DNA of 64,000 nt from Candidatus Bathyarchaeota archaeon (GCA_963827165.1 CAWGZR010000011.1:32001-96000), one strand, 5' to 3'; counted from the first letter of the stretch, positions 1 to 9,089 are shown. Made by a program: numbers and translations. Notes: generated by a model from the letters alone, not told the origin.

Positions 1-2
1 AG

Positions 3-374
3 AGACTCAGAGACCTTTTCCAGCACAAAAAGAGAATAACCATCAAACAAGTTAATCTGCTCAAAGTGGGTCGACATTTTCGGTTTGGGAAAAACAAGAT
101 CATTGTAGGCAGAACTGAGGCCGAAAACGGATTGTTGCTTAGAACTAAGCAAAAAACTGATTATTGCTTTGAGGTGCCCGATTGTGGAAGCCCAATTACT
201 ATTCTGCAAGGACCGAAAACAAAAGAGTCGATAGAGAAAGCGGCAGCTTTAACGGTCTTTCACTCGGACAAAAAGAGGGGAGTAATTCAAGTAAATTTCG
301 GAAAAGATAAGCTCAACAGGAAAATAATTATTTCAGCATCGCTTCAGACAGAAGTTGATATGCTTAGAATTTAG
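3..374 (+). CDS. C-terminal part of a ThiI/MnmA-like tRNA thiouridylase family protein (5' end outside window)
   Basis: Frame open from base 3: RLRDLFQHKKRITIKQVNLLKVGRHFR...KIIVGR; LLKVGRHFR is typical of this family. Confidence 0.6.
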   Translation, partial: RLRDLFQHKKRITIKQVNLLKVGRHFRFGKNKIIVGRTEAENGLLLRTKQKTDYCFEVPDCGSPITILQGPKTKESIEKAAALTVFHSDKKRGVIQVNFGKDKLNRKIIISASLQTEVDMLRI

Positions 375-465
375 TTGCTGCAGCTCTTTTCTCGTATTTA
401 GGCGAAACGGCTAATCTTTTTGTGTTCCAAAAAATGATGCTCCAAAAAGAACATTCAAAAAACGG

Positions 466-822
466 TTAAATGTAGTATTCAGGTTTGGAAGATTCAGAGA
501 TTGGTTTTTCTTTTTTACAGAAAGTGACGCAGAGAGTACAAAAACCAGGCGTAATATCCCCTGCTGTAATCTCTTTATTGATCAGTTTTCTGGCGGTTTC
601 ATGTGCCATTGCTTGGATTCTTGGCATAAACGCCTCAACATGGTCGATACCTTTGTAGGCGCGTTTAGAGCTAAGGTATTGGCTAACTGCGGCTTGGGAG
701 GTCCCGAGTTTTTTGGCCGCTTCAGTTTGGGAAAGATGATAATTTTGCACGAGTTCTTTGGCCAACAATGACCTGAAGATAGGCAGAACGTATTTGCCTA
801 TTATTTCACATTGCGGATCCAT
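466..822 (-). CDS. Archaeal HTH transcriptional regulator (COG2522-like)
   Basis: PQCE...LPIFRSLLAKEL...LSQTEAAKKLGTSQAAVSQYLSSKR HTH plus C-terminal CxxC; ATG at 822. Confidence 0.8.
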   Translation of the reverse strand: MDPQCEIIGKYVLPIFRSLLAKELVQNYHLSQTEAAKKLGTSQAAVSQYLSSKRAYKGIDHVEAFMPRIQAMAHETARKLINKEITAGDITPGFCTLCVTFCKKEKPISESSKPEYYI

Positions 823-836
823 GAATACCGTACCAG

Positions 837-851
837 TATAACACACTTATA
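837..851. promoter_or_regulatory. Degenerate TATAAC-N3-GTTATA box (TATAACACACTTATA)
   Basis: One mismatch to four perfect copies; just upstream of the ATG at 822. Confidence 0.55.
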
Positions 852-869
852 CTTATAAGTCATTTCAAA

Positions 870-2039
870 TCAACCAGCATTTTTCAGAGATTGTAATGCT
901 TGCTCTAAATCCGCCTGCAAATCCTCGTAATCTTCGATTCCAACAGATAACCTGAGCAAATTATCGGAAACACCCAATCGTTCGCGCTCATCCTTGGCCA
1001 AGCTCGCATGCGTCATAACTGCTGGTTGATTGATTAGCGATTCGACGCCGCCCAAGCTTTCGGCAAGCGCAATTACCCCGAGCTGACTAAGGAAATCAGC
1101 CGTTTTCTGCTTGCCACCCTTCAACGCAAAAGTCACCATCCCGCCGAACCCTGACATCTGCTGCCTTGCCAAAGCATGTTGCGGGTGGGTTTGCAGCCCA
1201 GGATAGATTACTGCTTCAATGTTCGGGTTTGCACTAAGGTATTATGCGATTCTCTGAGCGTTTTGGCAGTGGCGCTCCATTCTCACGGCTAAAGTTTTTG
1301 TTCCCCGAAGAACTAAGAAACAATCAAACGGTGAAGGAACGCCTCCCAAGGCGTTTTGGTTGAATTTAAGCCTACCATATATACCGTCGTTGGAAACCAT
1401 AATTGCTCCGCCCACTACATCGCTGTGTCCTCCAATGTATTTGGTTGTGCTGTGCAAAACTATGTCGGCTCCTAAATCCAGTGGGTTCTGCAGAAAGGGG
1501 CTTGCGAAAGTGTTGTCAACAATAGTCAGGATGTCGTGTTCCCGCGCGAGTTTTGAAATCGCTTTAATATCGCATAACCTCAGCAATGGGTTGGTTGGCG
1601 TTTCAAGCCAAATCAGCCTTGTATTACGTTTAATTGCCTCTTCAACTTTTTCAACCCTTGAAGCATTCACATAACTAAAATCCAAACCAAAATTAGCCAA
1701 TGTCTTATCAAATAACCTGCGGGTTCCCCCGTAGAGGTCCTCAAACGCCACCACGTGATCACCTTCCTTAAGCAACGAAAGTGCCAGAGTGGTTTCCGCA
1801 GCTAAACCCGACGCGAAAGCCAATCCATACCTCGCATTTTCCAAAACCGCCAACCTTTTTTCTAATGCATGCCTTGTGGGATTGTCTGTTCGAGCGTATT
1901 CATACCCGCTGGTCGGTTTGTCTATTTCTTTTCTTGCGAATGTTGCCGCTAGATGAATTGGACTTACTACGTCGCCACATCCTCCTTCCTTAAGATTCGG
2001 CTCTTCCCCAGCGTGGATCGCTTTGGTTGAAAACTTCAA
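870..2039 (-). pseudogene. metB: Cystathionine gamma-lyase/synthase (Cys/Met PLP family) with in-frame TAA at 1242-1244
   Basis: YAR, FASG, ETPTNP, DNTF, HSTTKYIGGHSD; continues in frame past the stop (QRIA*YLSANPNIEAVIYPGL...AESLGGVESL...LLRLSVGIE). Confidence 0.85.
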
Positions 2040-2045
2040 ACAATG

Positions 2046-3474
2046 TCACCTGCTGAGAAGATAGTTTATGACGTCTATTGTGGTTATTATGTCGATAATT
2101 TTATTGTCTTCCAAGACGGCTAACGCATTCTGATTCTTCAATAGGTTAAGAGGCGCAACTATTCTTTCCTCAATATTAACGGCGGGAAGTGGCGGTTCAA
2201 GAAAATCCTTTACTGTTTGTTTGCTTGATGAAGCCCTATCGGACAGCTTTTTCATAACGGTAATTTCTCTTATGCTGCCCACTTGAACGTCGTCTTTGAT
2301 TACCGGCAGTTGCGAGACGCCGTGCACTTTCATTAAATCTATTGCCTTGCTGATACCGTTTTCTGGATCAACATAGAGTAAACCCAACTTGTTTGATTTC
2401 GTCCTCAAAATATCCCTAATTGCTATTTTTTCCTCGCCGCCCGACAGGAAACCGTTCTCAATCATCCCAGTCATCGGAGTAAAACTTGTTAAGATAATTT
2501 CTTCCAGTGTCTGGTAAAATAACCACCATAGTCTTGCCTTCTCCCATCTTCTTTGCCACTTGTAACGCTGCGAACACGGCGGCACCTGCCGAGCCACCAG
2601 TAAACAACCCTTCTTTTTGAGCTAGTTCTCTTGCGGTTAGGAAAGAGTTTTTGTCGTTTACGGTTATGATTTCGTCAACTATCTTTAAGTTTAGTGTTGA
2701 CGGAAGGAAGTCTTCGCCGATGCCTTCCACTTTGTAGGAGTGTACGTCTGCCTTGTCTTTTGTTCCATAGAATTCATGGTGATATAGTGATCCTTCAGGA
2801 TCAACGCCGACAATGCGGATGTTTGGGTTTTTTTCTTTGAGGTATTTGGCGATACCGCTGATTGTTCCGCCTGTTCCCATTGTGGCAACTAAAACGTCAA
2901 TCTTGCCTTTGGTTTGTTTCCAGATTTCTGGACCCGTTGTTTTGTAGTGTGTTTCTGGGTTTGCTTTGTTGAAGTATTGGTTTGGCATGAAGGAGTTGGG
3001 TGTTTCTTTGGCTATTCTCTCAGCAACTTTGACGTAGTTTGCTGGATGGTCCGGGGCTACATTTGTCGGGGTGATGATGACTTTTGCGCCAAACGCTCGT
3101 AGAAGGTCGATTTTTTCTCTGCTCATTTTATCCGGCAAAGTGAATATCATTTTGTAGCCTTTAGCGATGGCGGCTATTGCCAATCCAAGACCTGTGTTGC
3201 CTGAGGTTGGCTCAACGATGGTGTATCCCGGTTGTATGATTCCTTGTGCTTCTGCGGCTTCAATCATGGAGATGCCTATGCGGTCTTTTATGCTGCCGCC
3301 TATGTTGAGAAACTCGAGTTTTGCAAGAACATCACATTCTACGCCTTGTGTGAGTTTGGTTAATTTTAACATTGGTGTATTACCTATTAATTGAAGGATG
3401 TTTTCTGAGATTCCGTCCCTTGTAGGGATAGATTTCTTGAGTTTTGTGGTTTGTCTGGTTTTTTCGGTTATCAA
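2046..3474 (-). pseudogene. cbs: Cystathionine beta-synthase with C-terminal CBS pair; +1 frameshift near 2466-2468
   Basis: [20 protein letters not shown]; TGGGATGATTGA has one extra G, and removing it gives YSDDWMIENGFL joined to the CBS domains; TTG start at 3474. Confidence 0.85.
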
Positions 3475-3490
3475 TTTTGACCCTCTGTTG

Positions 3491-3505
3491 TATAACAATG
3501 TTATA
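3491..3505. promoter_or_regulatory. Operator-like palindrome TATAACAATGTTATA
   Basis: Perfect TATAAC-N3-GTTATA upstream of cbs. Confidence 0.75.
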
Positions 3506-3517
3506 AACAACCATTTC

Positions 3518-3532
3518 TATAACGGCGTTATA
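3518..3532. promoter_or_regulatory. Operator-like palindrome TATAACGGCGTTATA
   Basis: Second perfect copy, abutting the probable TATA box of cbs. Confidence 0.75.
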
Positions 3533-3615
3533 TTTAAAACTGCTTCAACAGTAAAAAAACCGAAACGAAGAATGACTGTCGAATCGAAAAAATGGGTGGT
3601 TTATTCCAAAAAGAA

Positions 3616-3630
3616 TATAACATCGTTATA
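3616..3630. promoter_or_regulatory. Operator-like palindrome TATAACATCGTTATA
   Basis: Third perfect copy, 18 nt upstream of the HTH-CBS ATG. Confidence 0.75.
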
Positions 3631-3648
3631 ACTCAATTATTGAATAAC

Positions 3649-4203
3649 ATGGTTCCTAAATTAGACGAAATTGCCAAACGCCGCAGACAACTTGGTCTTA
3701 AACAATCAGAGCTGGCAAAGGCAGCAGGCGTAAGCCAATCACTAATTGCCAAACTGGAGGCAGGAACGATAGACTCGTCCTACACCAAAGTGAAAACAAT
3801 CTTCGATGTCCTCGAACGCTTAGAATTCAAAACCAAAGTCCAAGCAGAAAAAATCATCCAATCCGAAGTTGTCAGCATCCAAAAAAACGAACCAGTTTCT
3901 GAAGTTGTAACGATCATGAAGGAGCACGGTTACTCGCAGATACCTGTGTTTGATGGGAAACAATCTGTGGGAAGTATTTCGGAAAAGGCGATTCTTAGGC
4001 AGATTTTGGCTGGAAAAGATTTGGAGGACATATCTAAGCTGCCGACTGAGAAAATTATGGAGGAAGCTTTCCCCCAGATAAGCGAGGATGCCCCGTTGTC
4101 ATTGATTACAAGTCTCTTGCAGACCTACTCAGCGGTTTTAGTATCGAAAAAAGGCGTGGTGGTGGGCATTATTACGAAGGCGGATTTGCTGCGGATGCTT
4201 TAA
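3649..4203 (+). CDS. HTH (Xre)-CBS domain transcriptional regulator (COG3620-like)
   Basis: RRRQLGLKQSELAKAAGVSQSLIAKLEAG HTH followed by a CBS pair (GYSQIPV, GIITKADLL). Confidence 0.9.
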   Translation: MVPKLDEIAKRRRQLGLKQSELAKAAGVSQSLIAKLEAGTIDSSYTKVKTIFDVLERLEFKTKVQAEKIIQSEVVSIQKNEPVSEVVTIMKEHGYSQIPVFDGKQSVGSISEKAILRQILAGKDLEDISKLPTEKIMEEAFPQISEDAPLSLITSLLQTYSAVLVSKKGVVVGIITKADLLRML

Positions 4204-4275
4204 GGTGGGGATTATTTTTTTAAGTATGGGGATTCTTTTAATTGGTTAGAAAAAATTGTTTTTATATGGTGGTGA

Positions 4276-4284
4276 GGGGTGCCG
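4276..4284 (+). repeat. Left target-site duplication GGGGTGCCG
   Basis: Identical to 9174-9182. Confidence 0.9.
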
Positions 4285-4308
4285 GATACTGTTAAGTTAA
4301 GTTACCCA
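4285..4308 (+). repeat. Left terminal inverted repeat GATACTGTTAAGTTAAGTTACCCA
   Basis: Exact reverse complement of 9150-9173; resembles IS6-type GGCACTGT ends. Confidence 0.95.
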
Positions 4309-4385
4309 TGAATTTTTTGGTACTGAAACTAAATGTTTTATATTCTCAAAACTTAAATATCAATAACAACGTAAAACAAAGCTAA

Positions 4386-5372
4386 GTGGTAAATATGTCA
4401 AAAGCCAATTTGCTTTCTCTTGAACAAATTATCGATGTTTCTGAAGAAAATAATTCCCAGATGAAAGAAAGCTTAGAAAAAATTTCTCAAAAAGAAAAAG
4501 CAGTAGTTTTAGCATTTATTGCGCCCTATATAGGAAGACAAATTTCGCCCACAAAAGTAATTAGTGCTGAACTTGGAATTTCAGAAGAGTTTGCAATTGA
4601 AACTGCCATTGAAAAGATTAAGGAACAAACTCAATGCGAAAAACTTATTTTACTTATAAATAGTCCAGGCGGGTTTGTTAGTTCATCATACAAAGTAGCA
4701 AAAGCTTTGAGATGTAACTATAAGGAAATCAAAGTTTTTGTTCCTCACATTGCTGCTAGTGGAGGTACTTTGATTGCCTTAACTGGGAATCAAATAGTTA
4801 TGGGGATGATGAGTCAACTAAGTCCAATAGACCCTCAAGGAATGAGTTCTGGACACAGTATAGCGGCAAAAAGTGTTGTAGATGGATTTGAAACTATAAC
4901 TGAGTTTTTCAAAAATACATCTGAAGAAGATGCTCCATATACTTACAAAGTACTTGCCGAAAAATATACTGCTGAGAAAATAGATGAAGCAATTGCGTCA
5001 ATTACATTAATGCAAGATTATGCGAACGAAATCTTACTTGCAAGTGGTTATGCGCATGAAGATGCGACAGCAATAGCTGGAAGATTAACTTTAGGTTTTA
5101 GGAATCATGGCGAAGTCATTAATTATGATAAAGCTAAGTTGGCAGGTTTGAATGTGATTTCAAATAGTTGTTGCGCCGAAGATTGGAGAACTATGCGCAA
5201 ATGGTTAGGTGAGTATTTGCTTCAAAGCGCTGATAAGCACATTATTAGGTTCGTAATATCAAAGGACATTATTGACTCAAAACAGGAAACCAATGTTGAA
5301 AGCCATGAATTAGAGACAAAAGAGTTAAAGGTAGCAAATGAGGAAACAAATAAAAAACCGATAGAAAACTAA
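4386..5372 (+). CDS. SDH-family Clp-fold serine protease (ClpP/SppA-like)
   Basis: LLINSPGG, VFVPHIAASGGTLIAL, SQLSPIDPQ, HGEVI motifs. Confidence 0.85.
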   Translation: MVNMSKANLLSLEQIIDVSEENNSQMKESLEKISQKEKAVVLAFIAPYIGRQISPTKVISAELGISEEFAIETAIEKIKEQTQCEKLILLINSPGGFVSSSYKVAKALRCNYKEIKVFVPHIAASGGTLIALTGNQIVMGMMSQLSPIDPQGMSSGHSIAAKSVVDGFETITEFFKNTSEEDAPYTYKVLAEKYTAEKIDEAIASITLMQDYANEILLASGYAHEDATAIAGRLTLGFRNHGEVINYDKAKLAGLNVISNSCCAEDWRTMRKWLGEYLLQSADKHIIRFVISKDIIDSKQETNVESHELETKELKVANEETNKKPIEN

Positions 5373-5419
5373 AAAACTATAAATTGAATAAAGATAACAT
5401 ATATGGTAGGGTTTTTGCT

Positions 5420-5584
5420 ATGGAAACTGAACAAGTCAAGAAAAACACTCAACTACTGATTGACCAATTTTCTAAACAAAAGGCTGAAGACCCATTGGTA
5501 AAGTATTGGATAGAACGAAAACGAGGAATCGTAACTTCACTTACTCCCAAAAAAACAGCGAAACATACAAAAAAATCCGCGTAG
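5420..5584 (+). CDS. Small basic hypothetical protein
   Basis: Short ORF after the protease on the same strand; no motif; TTG at 5384 is an alternative start. Confidence 0.4.
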   Translation: METEQVKKNTQLLIDQFSKQKAEDPLVKYWIERKRGIVTSLTPKKTAKHTKKSA

Positions 5585-5585
5585 T

Positions 5586-5738
5586 TTAGCTTATCTTCAC
5601 TTTCTGTTTTAATCGTTTCTCGTATTCTTCTTCTGTTATCATGCCTTTTTCGATAAGTAAGTCAACTAGGGCTGAGTGCATACTGTCTAAGAGGTCTATT
5701 TCTTCAAGCGGATTTCTTTCAACTTTTGCTTTCTTCAT
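5586..5738 (-). CDS. 50-aa protein with SHOCT-like motif (absent from ORF track)
   Basis: MKKAKVERNPLEEIDLLDSMHSALVDLLIEKGMITEEEYEKRLKQKVKIS; overlaps the upstream ORF and follows AGGTGG. Confidence 0.65.
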   Translation of the reverse strand: MKKAKVERNPLEEIDLLDSMHSALVDLLIEKGMITEEEYEKRLKQKVKIS

Positions 5739-5892
5739 GTTTTCCACCTTTAGCTAAGTATCCTTGTTCGCTTAACCAATTCATAATGATTTGCCTTAGA
5801 GTATCGCTATATCCTTCGCCTAACTTACCGACTACCTCTTTGTCTAAGATTTCAACGACTCCATTGGGTAAAGATACTAAGATTTTCTTCAT
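5719..5892 (-). CDS. 57-aa ribbon-helix-helix (CopG-like) protein (absent from ORF track)
   Basis: MKKILVSLPNGVVEILDKEVVGKLGEGYSDTLRQIIMNWLSEQGYL...; ATGA overlap with the transposase stop. Confidence 0.75.
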   Translation of the reverse strand: MKKILVSLPNGVVEILDKEVVGKLGEGYSDTLRQIIMNWLSEQGYLAKGGKHEESKS

Positions 5893-6797
5893 TTACTTAT
5901 CACCTTTAATTCCTCTTTTTCTTCTTTTGAGTTACTGAGAGCATGAACTAAAGTTGCCGCTTCGCGTTTTGTGGCTTGGTCTATCAAGCCTTTCCAATTG
6001 TTAGGAACGTTCATCCGTGCCGCTTGAGCTGGTGTTTTGCCGCCGAGACTTTGATGGGGGCGAACACAGTTATAGTGAACTGACCATCCTTCGAGCAACA
6101 GTTTTGTTGATTCATAGCTGTGTAGTCCTCTCATGCAACGAGTTCTGTCCTTTAGGGTGCAATGGAGTCTTTCAACGATGTTGTTTGTTTCTCTTGCCTT
6201 TATGCCAACGCGCTGTACTAATTCAACTCTTGTGTCCTTTCGCATGGTATAGAAAACTTTGTTGAAAGCACTCTTATAAACGTGGCTACCGTCAACAAAA
6301 ACTGCTCGTGGTCTAACCTTGCTTTGGTCAACACCCTTTTTGAAAATACTTACAGTATCCTCAAAGGTTCTTGTATTTGAAAGGTGAGAAGCAACCATAA
6401 ACCGTGTGTCTTCATCTATCATTTCCCAGAACCAAATACTCCGACCCTCACAACTCAGCATAGTTTCGTCCTCATGCCATAAACCTGAAAGTTGTGGAAC
6501 TTCTGAAATCATATATTCCTTGACTAGTTGCGAGTATTTCTTTATCCAGTTGAGGATTGTAACCTGAGAAATCTTTTCTCCAAAAACTTGCTCCAAGTTT
6601 CTTTGAGTTTTTCTTAGAGACAGCCCGTCATAGTAGAAGTTTAGGGCTGCAACAACTATGTTTTTCTCGTTTCTCATTCTTGAGAACTTGCCGTTAGGTA
6701 CGAAAATATGACCGCAATCTTTACACTTGTAAGTTTGCTTGTTGTGGCGTATCCCTTTTTTTGTAATGTTTTCGCCGTTGCAATATTTGCAGTTCAT
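5889..6797 (-). CDS. IS6-family DDE transposase
   Basis: N-terminal CxxC...CxxC zinc ribbon, HTH, WHEDET / VDG..Y / NNIVERLH..LKDR triad, YNCVRPHQSLGGKTPA. Confidence 0.9.
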   Translation of the reverse strand: MNCKYCNGENITKKGIRHNKQTYKCKDCGHIFVPNGKFSRMRNEKNIVVAALNFYYDGLSLRKTQRNLEQVFGEKISQVTILNWIKKYSQLVKEYMISEVPQLSGLWHEDETMLSCEGRSIWFWEMIDEDTRFMVASHLSNTRTFEDTVSIFKKGVDQSKVRPRAVFVDGSHVYKSAFNKVFYTMRKDTRVELVQRVGIKARETNNIVERLHCTLKDRTRCMRGLHSYESTKLLLEGWSVHYNCVRPHQSLGGKTPAQAARMNVPNNWKGLIDQATKREAATLVHALSNSKEEKEELKVISK

Positions 6798-6814
6798 TTA
6801 TGTCACGCTCTTGC

Positions 6815-6834
6815 AGGTATCTTATAAGATACCT
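6815..6834. promoter_or_regulatory. Perfect 20-bp palindrome AGGTATCTTATAAGATACCT at the transposase promoter
   Basis: Self-complementary, centred on TTATAA, 17 nt upstream of the transposase ATG. Confidence 0.6.
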
Positions 6835-6920
6835 TACTATTTATGGCTTGTGGTATGCCTGTGGGATACCCAAGACATAAATAGCGCTTAAGTATTAAAT
6901 AGAACCCATGAAGATGTTAT

Positions 6921-6943
6921 ACATGTATGTTATACATACATGT
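6921..6943. promoter_or_regulatory. Inverted repeat ACATGTATGT-TAT-ACATACATGT upstream of the cargo operon
   Basis: 10-bp arms between an AT-rich TATA-like tract (~6888-6900) and AAGGAG at 6955-6960. Confidence 0.6.
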
Positions 6944-6970
6944 TGGGCATCTCCAAGGAGTCGCAGTATC

Positions 6971-7483
6971 CTGACTAAAATAAACGTACCAACAACAATA
7001 CTATCGAGTGAAGAAGTACAAGCACTCAAGCCTAACGAGCGAGAAGGCTATGTGAGAAATCTGATTAAAAGTATACTACGATTAAACGAAAACGGCATTA
7101 TGGTTTCAGAAATAGTAGAAGCAACGGCTCTTAACAGAATAACCGTAACCAAACACTTAGAGCATTTGGTGGCTATAAGAGAATCTTACAAAAAGGACAG
7201 GGGAATTGGCGCTGTTTATTATCTGAATGGCAAAATGGTTCATCCTACAGACCGCGCAAGCATAAACTTGGGAAATAAGATATATGAATTTGTTAAGCTC
7301 GAAAATCCGGACGGAGAATATATCTTCGTTCAAGAAAAAGAACAGGACAACCTAAAAGTTACCACTGTAAGAGGTGGAATTATGCTTCGTTCTTGTGATT
7401 TACCCCTATTCATAGAAGGGTTAAACAAATTCATGGTTATTGCAGAACTAAACAAAGGAGACGAAAATAGACATGAGCACTAG
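6971..7483 (+). CDS. Winged-HTH protein with C-terminal PUR/DUF3276-like nucleic-acid-binding domain
   Basis: GIMVSEIVEATALNRITVTKHLEHL wHTH; KIYEFVKLENPDGEYIFVQEK...GIMLRSCDLPLFIEGL resembles PUR repeats; probable CTG start after AAGGAG (track start 6908). Confidence 0.6.
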   Translation: MTKINVPTTILSSEEVQALKPNEREGYVRNLIKSILRLNENGIMVSEIVEATALNRITVTKHLEHLVAIRESYKKDRGIGAVYYLNGKMVHPTDRASINLGNKIYEFVKLENPDGEYIFVQEKEQDNLKVTTVRGGIMLRSCDLPLFIEGLNKFMVIAELNKGDENRHEH

Positions 7484-8825
7484 ATTACATGTAAAACATT
7501 ATTCAAATAGACGATGTCGTTTTTCAGAATCAGTTGATTTCCAAGTAAATGGTAAATCCATTCCAACACCAACATTTGCGCCGAGACTGAAAAATGATAA
7601 TGAACTAAATGTTTACCTAGACATGAAATCTAACAATGACACTAAACAGCTTTCCGCATTCATCATAAGATTAATTGATGTAAAAAGGACAATACAGTAC
7701 CGATTGAAAAAAACAGAACAAACAAATCTCTTTGGTCAACCACTGGATGTCCCTTTTGCAGATAGCCTAAAACGAGATATTATTCTAATCGACCCCGCAT
7801 TAGAATATCTTTATTATCACACAATGCTTGACCGATTAAAAACATCTCCCAACATGCCAAGTCTCGTTTGTAAACACGCAGCAAAAATTGCTGAAGGCAT
7901 TGACGAGATTCGAAAGGAGAGAGAAAGGCTAAAGGGTACTTCCGAAAAGCCAGCGCAAACTATAGAAGAATACAGAGATAGTCAACATACTAACTTCTGG
8001 ACTTGCATTTACAAGGATGCAAACAAACGCATCAAATTGATTAGGGATACATATACGGCAGAAATGATGTGTAGAGCAGACATCCTTATTCCGCCAGTTC
8101 CCCTTATTACTTGCCCAAATTTGTTGACCGTTGCAATTGATATGAACGAAAAGTTTAGAGCACTTGTTGGTGATAAAGGAGAATGCGCTGATTACTTTGT
8201 TCTAAAGCGACAGATGTTAAAGAACGAAAGTGTTATGGATAAAATTAAAAACTATGTTTCAAATAGCGAGAGTCACCTCACCATCTTTAAGATAAAGGAT
8301 TCTGATTTAACGAACGCTGATTATGCCTTAGAGCGGAGTTCTTTTGGAAAACTACTAGAGGAACTATTCCTTGTCTCCCAACACATCGAAAACAAATCTT
8401 TTGCATTGTTTGAAGCGGGGTATCAAGCATTTCCAGCAGCTCTATGTTCGTTTGCAATAGTATCGACCGCATTTAACTTAGACAGGGATGACTGGCGTGC
8501 AGTTAAAGGGCAAACAATTAGCGAATATGCTAATTGGTATGACCCAAGCTCGATGACTATGCGCAATAGAGATGTACTAATTACTGAGACAGAAAATAAT
8601 AGCGGTATAGTACCTTGTTATTGTCCTGAGTGCACCTCTGGAAAATCACTAGTAAAAGAGAACCCGATAGAATACAATAGACGAGTAAAGAAACACTTCT
8701 TGTTTACAAGGGAAAATGAGATGCATGAAATAGTCGATGCAATCAGTAGACAAAACGTTTCGATGGCTTTTGAAAAACTTGAAAGGTCAGACCTGCGAAT
8801 ACTTTCTAAATTAGTGCCGAGATAG
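7473..8825 (+). CDS. Divergent tRNA-guanine transglycosylase (TGT)-fold protein
   Basis: N-terminal IPTPTFAP (cf. TGT ETPxFMP); C-terminal PCYCPEC-x20-H...EMHEIVDAI matches the archaeosine-TGT Zn site; DSGG and DxFD motifs not recognisable. Confidence 0.6.
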   Translation: MSTRLHVKHYSNRRCRFSESVDFQVNGKSIPTPTFAPRLKNDNELNVYLDMKSNNDTKQLSAFIIRLIDVKRTIQYRLKKTEQTNLFGQPLDVPFADSLKRDIILIDPALEYLYYHTMLDRLKTSPNMPSLVCKHAAKIAEGIDEIRKERERLKGTSEKPAQTIEEYRDSQHTNFWTCIYKDANKRIKLIRDTYTAEMMCRADILIPPVPLITCPNLLTVAIDMNEKFRALVGDKGECADYFVLKRQMLKNESVMDKIKNYVSNSESHLTIFKIKDSDLTNADYALERSSFGKLLEELFLVSQHIENKSFALFEAGYQAFPAALCSFAIVSTAFNLDRDDWRAVKGQTISEYANWYDPSSMTMRNRDVLITETENNSGIVPCYCPECTSGKSLVKENPIEYNRRVKKHFLFTRENEMHEIVDAISRQNVSMAFEKLERSDLRILSKLVPR

Positions 8826-8843
8826 TCAGACATCAAAAGATGT

Positions 8844-8922
8844 GCATGGATAGCTTAGTTCGGACAGTAGCACCCGCCCACTAAGCGGACAGTCGTGGGT
8901 TCAAATCCCACCCCATGCACCA
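8844..8922 (+). tRNA. Non-canonical tRNA-like gene (Arg-like body, anticodon ACT, encoded CCA)
   Basis: GCATGGA TA GCTT AGTTCGGACA GTAGC A CCCGC CCACTAA GCGGA CAGTC GTGGG TTCAAAT CCCAC CCCATGC A CCA; perfect T-arm; A7.C66, C27.A43 and C33 deviations. Confidence 0.75.
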
Positions 8923-8940
8923 CCCTATCTCTAATAGGGT
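8922..8940 (+). terminator. Hairpin ACCCTAT-CTCTA-ATAGGGT directly after the tRNA-like gene
   Basis: 7-bp perfect stem followed by a pyrimidine-rich tract. Confidence 0.4.
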
Positions 8941-8969
8941 CATTTCTCTTAAAAGGTTTGTGAAGCAAC

Positions 8970-9089
8970 TTAAGGTAGCTTGCCTAAAATCCTGTCGAGC
9001 TTCTCATCCATCTCTCTTAGTTTTCGCTCCATTTTGGTTATTTTACTTTCTATATCCTTTACTTTGTTTAAAGTAGCATATTCAGTCAT
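8970..9089 (-). CDS. 39-aa coiled-coil peptide (absent from ORF track)
   Basis: MTEYATLNKVKDIESKITKMERKLREMDEKLDRILGKLP, heptad pattern. Confidence 0.5.
   Translation of the reverse strand: MTEYATLNKVKDIESKITKMERKLREMDEKLDRILGKLP

Noticed and set aside
1242-1244. Recoded stop (Sec/Pyl or alternative code) in metB
   Set aside because: The codon is TAA, which ends many genes here; a GAA/CAA point change or error is simpler
8878-8884. tRNA-like gene as an amber (CTA) suppressor
   Set aside because: CTA is off-centre; placing it at 34-36 destroys the anticodon stem, and the nearby metB stop is TAA
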